The notes under the pieces are model-generated. The model was not told where the DNA came from. It did not search any database and was given only the letters and a program-made list of their open reading frames with translations. Below, piece by piece: positions 26,339 to 37,800 of a stretch of DNA of 64,000 bases (positions within the stretch are counted from its first letter, which is position 1; each line of letters begins with the position of its first letter). This DNA comes from Azolla caroliniana (lineage: Eukaryota > Plantae > Polypodiophyta), in NCBI GenBank assembly GCA_043228905.1, contig JBHGNT010000022.1:310001-374000 (forward strand), written 5' to 3'. The translations under genes were made by a program, and so were the position numbers.

Positions 26339-29300
26339 CACCGGGACATTTGAAACAGATAATATGTCACATTTTGAGATATGTCCATCAAAAAATGACA
26401 CAAATTAGGGTGATTCACAAAAAGGGGTGCCGCATGCGTAAAGGAATTTTAAAAATGACCCAAAAATATATTGATTTTTAACATGTACGGAAATTTAGGT
26501 GTTCAAAAAAATGCCTAAATAATGGACATGCCAAACTTACAAATGAATGTCCAAAATGACTAACCCCAATATTTATAGAAATTCTGAATCCAAATCTTGA
26601 TGTACAATACAATATTTATAGTTAACGTATCAGGACAATCATTTTTCAAGTTTATGTCATCATCTTCATACCCATTAGATGAACTAGTACGAGTTTATGA
26701 GGTCTCATCCTCATCATCAATGGCAACTAATGCATTGTGTTGATCCAATTGCAATCCAACCTCATCGAGTTTATGAGTCATGCTTCTTGTTTGTCTTTGT
26801 GTTGTGTCTGAAGCCACATTCCAGATCCTCTTTTAGTATCTTCATTGTGGTCTGTCACAGATAACTTGTTTTGGTCAAAGATAAGTCATACACTAATATA
26901 TAAACATTATCCAATGTAAGAGTAGATGTGCTTGATGCATCTTTCCTCCTCACTTTTTGGTTATGATATTTCATTATGTACTTTCCATTTACAAGATTAG
27001 ATTATGTGAGAGAAGCTTTCTACCAAAATCATTAGAATCTAAAAAATGTCTTAAAGATGTTTTCCATTTTTCTTAGATTCTCATAGTAAGCCTTTGATGT
27101 CGTACAGAAATCCGATTCATTCCATCTAGCTTTGACGCAACATGTCGAATTTTACTCTATACATCTAGAATTGGATATAATGCATCAGATTCCTGTAAGT
27201 CTTGGAATTTTTTTAAAAATTTCCATTAAAAAAATACTCTTGCATTTTAATGCATTGCATTGATTTCTAGCTACATAGACTAAAATATGATACATTGCAT
27301 GGATTTCCCGAAAATACATAAATAAATACAAATTGAAAAAATAAAACATTTTCCCATAAATAAATAAATAAACATTTTTTATTTTACTCGTAAATAAATA
27401 AATAAAAATTGAAAAATTAGATTTCAATGGAAATCCAATTCCGTGCATCGGATTGAATTGAAAATCCAATTTCTCTTATATTTTTGAAAATTTTCTTATT
27501 TTTTGAATTGTTTTTGAATTTGTTTTTATTTTTCCCATAAAAAAATAAATAAAAATTGGAAAAATGGATTTTCAACGGAAATCCGATGCACTGCATCGGA
27601 TTTTGGTTGAAAGTCCACTTTTACGTATTTTTTTCCAAATTTGCTTTTTTTTTGAATTTTTTTGAATTTTTTCTATAAAAAATAAATAAATATTGAAAAA
27701 ATAGATTTTCAATGGAAATCCGATGCACTGCATCGGATTTCCGTAGAAAATCCACTTTTTCTTATTTTTTTCCAAATTTTCATAGTTTTTAGAATTTTTT
27801 TGGTATTTTGTTTGTCTATTTTCTCATAAATAACTATATAGAAATTGAAAAAATGAATTTTCAAAGGAAATCCGATGCATTGCATCGGATTTCTATTGAA
27901 AGTCCACTTTTTGCTATTTTTTACCAAATTTTCATATTTTAAAATATTTTTTTGTATTTTTTAAATTTTTTTTCATTTTTTCCCATAAATAAATAAATAA
28001 AAATTGCAAAAAATGGGTTTTCAACAGAAATCCGATGCACTACATCGGATTTCTATTGAAAATCCATTTTGTCTTATTTGTTTCCAATTTTTCAGATATT
28101 TTGAATTTGTTTTTGTTTTTATCATAAATAAATATATAGGAATTGAAAAAAATGGATGAAAGTCCACTTTTTCTTGTTTGTTTACAAATTTTCTTATTTG
28201 TTTATATTTTTCTCTAAAAAAGTGTTAAAAATAAACAAATTGTGATTTTCTCCATTTAAAATGATGTGTTTTCAACGGGAATCCGATGCAGTGCATCGGA
28301 TTCCCGTTGAAAACACATCATTTTCAACAGGATTTTCAATGGAAATCCGATGCACTGCATTGGATTTCCGTTCAAAATCACTGAGTTTCAACAGAAATCC
28401 GATGCAGTGCATCAGATTTCGATTGAAAGTCCAATATTTTTCTTATGTTTTTTCATAAAACATTAATTTGCGATTGAAATCTAACTCAATGGTTCAGATT
28501 TTGTTGAAAATGTAATATTTTTTTATTATCTCATTGTTTTATGAAAAACCTAAAAGAAATTTGGATTTTTAATTGAAATTCGATGTAGTGCATTAGATTT
28601 CAGTTGGAAATCCACTTTTTTAATATATTTTTATTTATTTTTTGAAAAAATGAAAAACAATTGAAAAGAAAGAGGATTGCCAGCTAAAATCTGATGCAAT
28701 GCATCAATGTCTAGCTATATAGACTACGATCTGATGTAGTGTATCGGATTTCAGTTGAAAAGCTGTTTATTATTTTTTTATATGGAAAATAAATAAATAA
28801 ATAACATTGGAAAAAGAAAAAAGAAAAATGGATTTTCGACTCGAATCCAACGCATTGCATTAGATTCTAGCTATATATACTAAAATATAATGTAGTGCAT
28901 AGTATTTTAGCTGAAAATCCATTTTTTATTTTTTAATGGAAAAAATTTTAAAAATTACAAAAAAAAAAAAAAACTTGGATTTTCAACTGAAATCTAGTGC
29001 ATCGCATTGGATTCCAATTAAAAATCCAAGATTTTTTATTTTTTCAAATTTTATTGTTTCAAATTTTCAATGGGTTTTAGATTAGTTTTCTGACACAGGT
29101 ATATAATATAAAACTTACATCAATTTAGATTAACGTTATATTCTATTCTTCAGTTTGATGTTACCTGTGCAATTTCATTCTACTGTCATGTACTACTAAA
29201 ACATATGCCTTAAAGATTATCAGGAACTCTGTTGCATTAGAGAAGGACCTTGAGCAAGTTAATGTCATCAAAATGAGGATCCAAGGTATCTGGGGTTGTC

Positions 29301-30207
29301 CTGATCAAGACCAAGAAGTTGGGGCAAAGCATATCAATAAAACTTAGATGTTCCAGATGACTTTTAGAAAACTTGTGGAACTATAGATGAAGACGCAGGG
29401 CAACTTGTTGAATTAGAAGATGTTTCAGAGTCAAAACATACTAACAATTCAACTTAGCGTACTGACGAAGCCAATGAGGACAATCCTGATGAAAGAGCTA
29501 ATCCTGAGTACACGGCTTTACCAGACTTATTATTCGATTCAATGGTTATGGCTTATTATAAATTTTGAACAATATGAATTGTTAAATTTTGACGTAATAT
29601 ATAAGTTGAGCTTACTTATAATTTTCGTGTAACAATCATTGAACTTAGAAATTAAGTATACTTGTATGTGTACATGTTATCTAAACTCTCCTTTATCATT
29701 TGGGGTATATCGGAGATAAGTTTATACTCTATCATTTACTCGTATGATTGGAATGTTATTATAGACTAGTTTATTTATACATTGACAGTGTCATGTATCA
29801 CGTGTCAATGGAAATTTTCTCTTGACATAGTAGTATCTCTTAATTGCAAGGTTCACAATTTGCTTTAAGATGTATTATATTTAAATATACACACATAATT
29901 AGAAGAAGTCACTTATTCAATGGGGCATGCTTTTTAGAATATGTACAAGGACCCGTGTTACTATTATACTTGTGTTGACAAATACACCCCTGTCTAAGAT
30001 TTGGACAAAAACATGGTAGATAGAATATACGTCGGATGATTTTGTTGACGTGATATTAGTTAGTTCTTTTTTTCGTTATGTTTTCATAAACCACATACAC
30101 ATGCGTCGTGCCTTGTTGAAATTCTGCTTAAATAAGGCATTTTTTAACATCTCACTAAGATATGAAAAAGAGAATGCGACATATTACCTGTTTCAAATGA
30201 CCCAGTG
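26339..30207. mobile_element. Nested TIR element with CAC(C/T)GGG ends (CACTA/EnSpm-like derivative?)
   Basis: 35-bp TIRs CACCGGGACATTTGAAACAGATAATATGTCACATT (31/35 match); splits the AGCTAATTAGCT array; weak DUF4216-like residues (EQV..EDPR..VVL..RPRS) near 29250-29320. Confidence 0.7.
27420..29030. repeat. Array of ~51-bp palindromes separated by A/T tracts
   Basis: Consensus GGATTTTCAACGGAAATCCGATGCA-C-TGCATCGGATTTCCGTTGAAAATCC, roughly a dozen copies, ~140-160 bp period in 27420-28070. Confidence 0.9.
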
Positions 30208-30730
30208 TTAGCTAATTAGCTACTACACTATAGGCTAACAACATCTAATTAGTTATTCTACTTAAATATGGTAGTAGCTAATTAACTATTCTTCCTAACT
30301 ATTATAGTAGCTAATTAGCTACTACAATATAGGCTGACAGCAGCTAATTAGCTATTCTACTTAACTATGGTTGTAGCTAATTAGCTACTCCACTATAGGT
30401 TGCCAGTAGCTAAATAGCAACAATTTAGCTAATTAGCTATTCTTTTTAACTATTGCAGTAGCTAATTAGCTACCACTTAGATAATTCCTATTGCACTATA
30501 AGCTGGTAGTAGCTAATTAGCTACCACTTAGCTAAATTAGTTACATTTGAGCTAATTAGCTGGTAGAATAGAGCTAATTAGCTACTACCAGACCATAGAT
30601 TTACAATAGCTAATTAGCTACATCTTGGCTAATTAGCTAATACCTAGGTTGTAGCTAATTAGCTACTACACTATTAAACCATAACAGCTAAATAACTACC
30701 ACACTTTATACGGCTTATCTAATTAGCTAC
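30208..30730. repeat. AGCTAATTAGCT array (continuation of 26220-26338)
   Basis: Same units and orientation; shares attctacttaaatatggtagtag with the left part. Confidence 0.9.
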
Positions 30731-30834
30731 TACGCTATAGAGACAAGCAACAATTTTACCTGTTAGTTTTCTCCACTCATCTGGGAGAGTTGTTTTGCAA
30801 TCCCCCAAACAGATTGCAACAATGTGATAGGCAT

Positions 30835-31477
30835 TGTCGTGAAGAAAACCGTCCACGAGCAGAATCGGTGCGCCGGAGCATAGGAACCGGCTCTTCATGC
30901 ACGTACGCCTTGTGTTGTACATAGGAGAGAATTAGGGACATGGAAGATCCTAGGTAGGTAGATTCGGTAGGTAGGAAGTTAATAGGAAACGGCTCCCTTC
31001 TTGCCTATAAAAGGAGGGAGACGAGGAGGAGGAAGGGATCGCGGAGAGTCGAGGACGAAGTGTTGTCGGTTTGTGGGCGAAGGGTTCTCTCTCTCTCTTT
31101 GGCTCGCAAACTCTGTAGCTTCTTGTTGTGCAGGTTTCGGGAGGCTCACGCTGTTCTGAGGAATGCCCGAGTGCTTCCGGCAGCACCTCCAACCTACTCT
31201 TTCCTTTCTATGCGTTTACGAACAGGCATCGGCATCTGTTCGCCGGCCTGTTCGGTTGTAACCGACTTCGTGTTTTTGTTGTTTGTCTTTGTTAATACAT
31301 ACATACATTCGTGTCTCCCTATGTCTGCGTCCCACTCGCGTCTTTGTATCGAAGGGCCGTGTCCCTGTGAATCTGCTCTCGCACGTAGTGGGTCTCTTCT
31401 CCTTTCTCTCTTGCTCTTCGGTACAGGACCCCCGAGGTCCCGCCTCATTCCACGCATCCGCGAGGAATACCTCGACA
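30835..31477 (+). mobile_element. Gypsy-type solo LTR
   Basis: TGTCG...CGACA ends; TATAAAAGGAGGG box resembling the 60362-61220 LTR; flanks gcat/gtgt compatible with a deaminated GCGT 4-bp TSD. Confidence 0.7.
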
Positions 31478-32024
31478 GTGTATTGAAAACGAACGATATG
31501 GTATTTGTGCTGGCATGGCTGTAGGTGTACCAACAGAGTAGCAGTTTAGTCCTCTACACCTAAGTTGTACGCGATGCAACATGCTTGAACAGTCAATATA
31601 TCGTTGCCTGATTCTCCTTCGTTTGGTAAGGGAGCAAGAATGTTGAGGTCCAATTCTTGTCTGCTCTTTACCATCCCCTCCACAAAATGTAGCTACTTCT
31701 TAATGCAGCTAACTACCTGTTCTTGATAGGAGTATTGTTCCTAGAACGCAACCGAGCAATTACCGATTTATCATTCCTTAATGAGGAAGATAGAACAACA
31801 ACATACAAGAATCATTAACTTACTTGGAGGTTCTCCAAATTGTAATCAACAACATTATTTACACCTAGAAGGTCCAGGTTGTTTGAAAGAACTTGGATCT
31901 CTGTCTACAGTTGTATTTTCCACTGGGCATCCAGCCACCCCTCAATTTTGAGCTCATGTTGAGCAACCTATTTCGGATAATGCCTCACTAAGCACATTTT
32001 CATGTACAAGTTATTTATAACATG

Positions 32025-32716
32025 TTACAGCAAAACAATAACTACCTGAATCTTATTTCTGATTGTTCTCACTACCAAAGTGACTTTGCTCTCCATCTCA
32101 GAAACCAATGTTGCTCTCTCTAAATCAAACATTGTTGCCTCTAATGTCTCATAGGCTTCATGGACATTTTTCAGCATATAGGTAATCAATGTCTCACTTG
32201 TATCATCGACACTGGCTTTCACCGTGTCTCGGTGTGGTGTATACTTTCGTGTTTGTTGGGAGTCAGCAGTTGCATCATCAACTGCCATGTTCCAAAATCT
32301 TGCCATTTTTTGTTGCAATCTCCCCATCTTTCAGCATCGTTCTAGCGAGTACTCACCATAAATAACCCAAGCTACCCTGTACATTTCAAGGTCTGTTGCT
32401 TCCTTGGCTGTTTTGCAATACTCGTATGCAAAAGCTCTCGCAAATGCAATGGACAACTCGTTGTTGACCGGGATCTCTTGATGTACTTTCTGGTGGAGCC
32501 TCATGCAATCGTCATATAGCTCCAATCGTAATGCTTGAGCTTCACCTTTCCTTTCACTCTGGGCGCTTTATAGACTAACAACCAATCTACATCAGGGTCA
32601 ATACCCTCTAGCAACAGACCATATATGTTGTTAAAGCCCTCTTTTGTCTCACAAAACTTTGCAAAGTTCAACACTCTAGGATATGGAGGAACGAGCCACC
32701 CGAAATAAAAAATCAA
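32025..32716 (-). pseudogene. Second (accessory) gene remnant of the TIR element, function unknown
   Basis: Three consecutive, protein-like minus-strand ORFs broken by a frameshift and a stop (..LHQKVHQEIPVNNELSIAFARAFAYEY..VAWVIYGE..); probably extends in further exons to ~30740 and ~33300. Confidence 0.5.
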
Positions 32717-33768
32717 TACATGCTACCTCTGCTCTACTGGGACATGTGTATTTAGTACCATGATTGGTAGGGAAGAATCAAAAATAAAAAATTAGTGACA
32801 TTCACCCAAAACCTAAATCAAATTTGCGGGAAGTTCGCAGACACACAACCATTGAAATTAGAAATGTGAATTGGTGCAAAATTGCAACACTAAATCTAAA
32901 ATTTTCAACAGTAATAAAAAATCAATTGCTTAAAAAATCAGAAACCCTAATAAAAATCAACCACTTAAGGAAATCAAAAACCCTAATAAGAAATCAACCA
33001 TTTAAGGAAATCTGAAATATGTATGAAATAAACCCTACTGCTACACCCCGATCTCCGAGACATCCTTGTTTGGGACTCCAACGACTTCACCCTAATCGTT
33101 TTGTATAAAAGATGAATCGGCAACAAAGTTACAGTTATCAGAAAGGAAAAAGAAAAGGATTTTTTAATCTGTAACTGATACATACCTGGACAGGGATCGA
33201 ATTGGTGGTGTGTTGTAGCTCTAAAGGTGTAATGTCAATATCAGAGTTTTTGTGCTGTTGCGGGAGCTTCGTCTACGTTCATGCTCAGAGTACTCCATCT
33301 ATTTGGATTTCGAACTCAAACTCAGGATTAACAGGAATTTGTTGACAATGAAGTCGAGTTTAGATGAGGGCACTATTCCCCAAGTTCCACTACATTAGAA
33401 ACGAAAGTTCAAATTTTTGAGTATTCTCATAAATTAAATGACATGTATTTAAATGACATATATTTAACTAATAAAGCAAAAAAATTCGTAAATGATCCTT
33501 ATGATTTTCCCACAAAAAACTAGCTAAACAAATAGCTAAATAGCTATGGCCATTTTACCATCTAATTAGCTATAATAGTGTTTCCACTCGCATGCTTTTA
33601 CCCACAAGTCCTTAAAAGGACTAACAAGTACTTCAATGCTCGTACTGAGCTACTAACACTAACTCCTAGGATAGCTACCTAGTTTAGCAATGTAGACCTG
33701 CAACGGCCTACCGGTTCGGATGTGGTCCGGCTCTTCGATCTGGCCCTTTTCTCCGAACACCGGTCCGG

Positions 33769-34869
33769 TGTCGTGTAGTTCTTCACACATGATATGTAAA
33801 ATAATGAAATAATTTTTTTAGATTAGCTTAATGGCTTTGTACGAAAAGATGGACGTCTTCAAGAGCTTCCAAACGCATTTTACTACGTATGAAACAAACA
33901 ACTACATATCAAGTTATGTGTCTAAGAAGTTGGAGAAGATGGGTAACAGAATTGTAGGATATCCCACATTAACAGGAAAACATCGGATCCAGCAACATAT
34001 AAGCAGACCCAGAACCCATGAGTTCATATTTGGGTGTTGGGAGCACAACGGAACTGTTCAAAACGGCCGCAACGGTTCAGAACGGCTCAAAACAATCGGA
34101 ACGACCGAACTGCTCAGAACGGTCGGGATGGCTGGAACGGTTTAGAATGGCCGGAACAACCGAACTGCTTGGAACGGGTCGATCTGTACTGCATGGTCCA
34201 GACTGGTCGGAGCGGTCGGGGTGATCTGTACTGCATGGTTTGGACTGGTAGGAGCGGTCAGGGCAATCTGTAGTGCACGGGCCAGACTGCTCAGAACGAC
34301 CGCGATGATCCGTAGTACACGTGCCGAACTGTACGAATGGTAGGATGATGCGGCTGAATTGTAAGGATGGTCGCATGTGGGAGGCATGCAACTGAACATG
34401 GAGGTCGTGCAACTAAAGTAAACGCCATGTGGGACGCATGTAACTGAGTTGGAGATGCAAACTAGAGTTCCTTCAAGCAAGGGCAAATATCTTCGGGTGC
34501 AAAAACCCAAAATCCGGAGGAAGGAAGGGGGCTATCACTCAAAAATCCTAATCTTTTTTATCAAAGCCATATGACTTAGAAAACCCAAACCCTAATTTTC
34601 CTTATTTAAGCTATATCTCATAAACCCTAACCCGAAATTCGGGAAGAGCCTAATAATCCACAAAACCCTAATCTGTTAATCTAGCCTAAACTTCTGTAAT
34701 CCCAATCTTAGGATAGATTGTAACTTTTCTTTTCTTTGCTAATAAAAATTACCAAACTTTCTGATTTTGATTAATTCATAAAACATAAACGCACGAATCT
34801 GGTATCCTCTAGTCAGAGGCCCCTGGGTCCTGCTTCAAGTTCACATATCTTTGTCGTATTTTCGCAACA
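33769..34869 (+). mobile_element. Phygy-like solo LTR inside the Copia D 3' LTR
   Basis: TG..CA ends; perfect 4-bp TSD CCGG; start homologous to the 1512 and 63906 LTRs; internal ggaacgaccgaactg repeats. Confidence 0.85.
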
Positions 34870-37800
34870 CCGGCTCTAGTTCCGGATACCGATCCAACTC
34901 TCTTATCCGGATACTAATCGGGATCAGGTTGAGATTGCCACTCAACAGTCCGCCTCAAGCTCAACTTGAGGTTGGATCTGAATGTCGATCCTTGTCGATC
35001 CTTGTCCTCGTCTGGTTCTGTTTCCAATGACCCCTCCTATTTTGCGGACCTCAACCTTCTCGGTCGGCTTGTCTGCTCAAGAGGCTCATCTCAGCTTCTT
35101 CACTACTCTGACTTTGGCGTTTCTTCCCATCGGTTCCTCTGTGTCAGTGTTGACTTTTCCGGCCTTCGAGTATTTTTGGCCTTCTATTGATTCAGCTCCT
35201 CTGAATCAAATGCCTCTTCCGAATCGGGTGCCTTCGACTCGTTCCAACGCTTGTCCAAATTGGTTGTCTCCAATTTGTTCTTAATCTTCAAGCCCTTCAC
35301 CACATAAGACCATGTCCAGATCTTGGCATTCTTCTTACAGTCGGCTCTATCCTTGACTCTACCGTCGTCGCCACTTGTTCTAACATGTTCGGATTCAGTT
35401 TCACTTTCATGCTTGTCTCCCGCTCTTTTGGTTGTTTTCTCCTCTCCGGCTAATTTTCTAGTGCCTTTACCTGTCTTTTCCTTTCTCCCCCTCAAGTGCG
35501 GCACCTCGAGATGCCGAAGACCAAGCATCTCCTAAAAGTGATGCAACTTGTCTGATCCGAATGGCTTGGTGAAGATGTCGGCAACCTGTCGATCCGTGCG
35601 TACATACCGGAGTTTGACTTCACCACTCTTGACCCACTCGCGCAAAAGTGATAATGCACTTCTATGTGCTTTGGCGAGCATGAAACATGGGATTCTTGGC
35701 AAGGTGCATACTGCTCATGTTGTCGCAGTAGATTGCGATCGGAGTCGATACTTGGATGCGGAGGTCTTGCAGCAACCGCCGAAGCCATATGGCCTCATAG
35801 GTGGCAACAGTAGTGCCCCAATACTCAGCCTCAATGCTTGACAAAGCCGCACTTTTTGCTACTCCATGCAACAACCGTGCTCCCATGAGAGAACATAAAC
35901 CAGAGGTGGACCGACGATCAGATGCGTCACCGGCCCAATTGGCATCTATATAATCGACTAGCTCTTCAGTTATACCGTGACGGTATAATAGGGCCAAATC
36001 CTTAGTGCTACTCACATACCGCAATAGTCAATGCACACACTGAATGTGCTCGATGTTTGGCTTGTGCATAAACTGGCTGATCACTCCGACCAGATAGCTG
36101 ATGTCGGGTCGTATGATTGTCAAATATATCAGGCTTCCGACAATTTGTCGAAACCTTTTCTCATTACAGGCTGGTCTAGAGTTGGGACGAAGCTTCACGT
36201 TCTGGTGTAAGGGTGTGGAGACCAGTCGGCAATCTGTCATGCCAAACTTGTACAGCATATTCCACACATAGTGTTGCTAGGAGAGCAATATACCTTCGAG
36301 GGTATGGATCACTTCGATCCCGAGGAAGTAATGAAGGTCCCCCAAGTCCTTCCTTTCGAATGAGTGAGCCCAGTTCCGGTGATGACTAGATTATCTATGT
36401 ATAGCAAGATGCACACCGGACCTTCTGGACCACTCCGGATGAACAACGAAGATTAGGACTTCGAGGCCGATACACCCCATCTTACACAACCGTGCGTGAT
36501 CTTTGAATTCCAAGCTCGAGGGGCTTACTTTAGGCCATAGAGTGACTTCTTGAGTCGGCACACTACAGATGTGTTCATCTCCGACTAAAATCCGGGGGTT
36601 TGGATCATATAGACTTGTTCTTCAAAGGGATCTTGAAGAAACACATTCTTCACGTCCATTTGGTGAAGATGTTATCCCCTTGTTGTAGCAACTTCCAGCA
36701 CCACACGAACCGTCGTCATCTTCACTACCGGAGCGAAGGTCTTGTCATAGTTGATTCCATGGGTCCGCACATACCCATTGGCAACTAATCGGGCCTTGTA
36801 CCGGTTGACTGAACCGTCGGCTTTATAATTTACCTCGTATACCCACTTGGAACGGATCCGTTTGCAATGTCTGGGAGGGTCAACCAGGTCCCATGTGTCG
36901 ATGGTATCGAGTATCAACATTTCTTCATCCATTGCGGCATGCTAGTTTGTGTCTTTCGCCGCTTCTGTGTAGCTCTCTGACTCACGCACGTCTGCCATTG
37001 TACTCATCATACCCATACCGCTTGACGGGGTTTATTTGGCGGGTAGATTTAATCTCTCATTAGCCGATTTAAGTGCCTTCTTGGCTGATTCTGACTTCAT
37101 CTCCAAAGGTCTGTCTTCGTTCTTTCTGGAGTCAAATTCACTCCGATCCGACTCGTCGTTGCTGGTGTCGTATTCCGGCATCTTCTTTTACCCTTTCTCT
37201 TTGCGGGTGAACTGTCTCCTTGGTTCCGTGCGCGGGGAAAGCACGATCGACTCTCCACTACTCACCAGCTGATCATCTAGACTGGTCATTCCGACTCACT
37301 CATTCATTCGGCCCGCTTAGCCGAAATGAGATCGGACTCGCTTCTTGAGCTCCGATTTCTTCTTCGTCATCTTCTGCTTGGATCATTTCGGGCTCACTAG
37401 CCTCACCCTCTGTGATCGGATAATCGCAGTTGTCGGGGGTTGGAGTCAGAGTCAGTAAGGAGTACCATGATGCCGACTCATCGAACTCGACATCATGGCT
37501 TACTTGAACTTGTTTGTTCCGGGGTTAGAACACTTGTACCCCTTCTCTTCATGTGAGTAACCGCCCAGGATGCACTTCACCGAATTTGGGTCTAGTTTCT
37601 TCCACTTTTCATATTGTACATGCACATAGGGTATGCTACCAAATACCCTGAGATGTCTTAAGTTTGGCTTCCGCCCAAAATACAACTTCTGTGCAAACAC
37701 CTTCTCCCCGATCCAATTTTGGATGCAAATAGCCATCCAGACCACTTCGGCCTAGTAGAACTTGGGCATACTCTTCTCCCCAACATTTCCCGTGCCACCT

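Larger units (their letters stand above)
23637..33603 (+). mobile_element. ~10-kb TIR DNA transposon, Sola2-like, non-autonomous
   Basis: 25-bp TIRs GGGTGAAAGCATACGAGTGGAAACA (23/25 match); 4-bp TSD ACAA; removal restores the Copia LTR; transposase-like remnant. Confidence 0.8.

Noticed and set aside
27420-29030. CRISPR-like repeat-spacer appearance
   Set aside because: Eukaryotic TE context; spacers are long, mutually similar A/T tracts; no cas genes.
32800-34680. Interstitial telomere (AAACCCTA motifs at ~32800-33040 and ~34580-34675)
   Set aside because: Scattered telo-box-like motifs within TE sequence, not tandem arrays.
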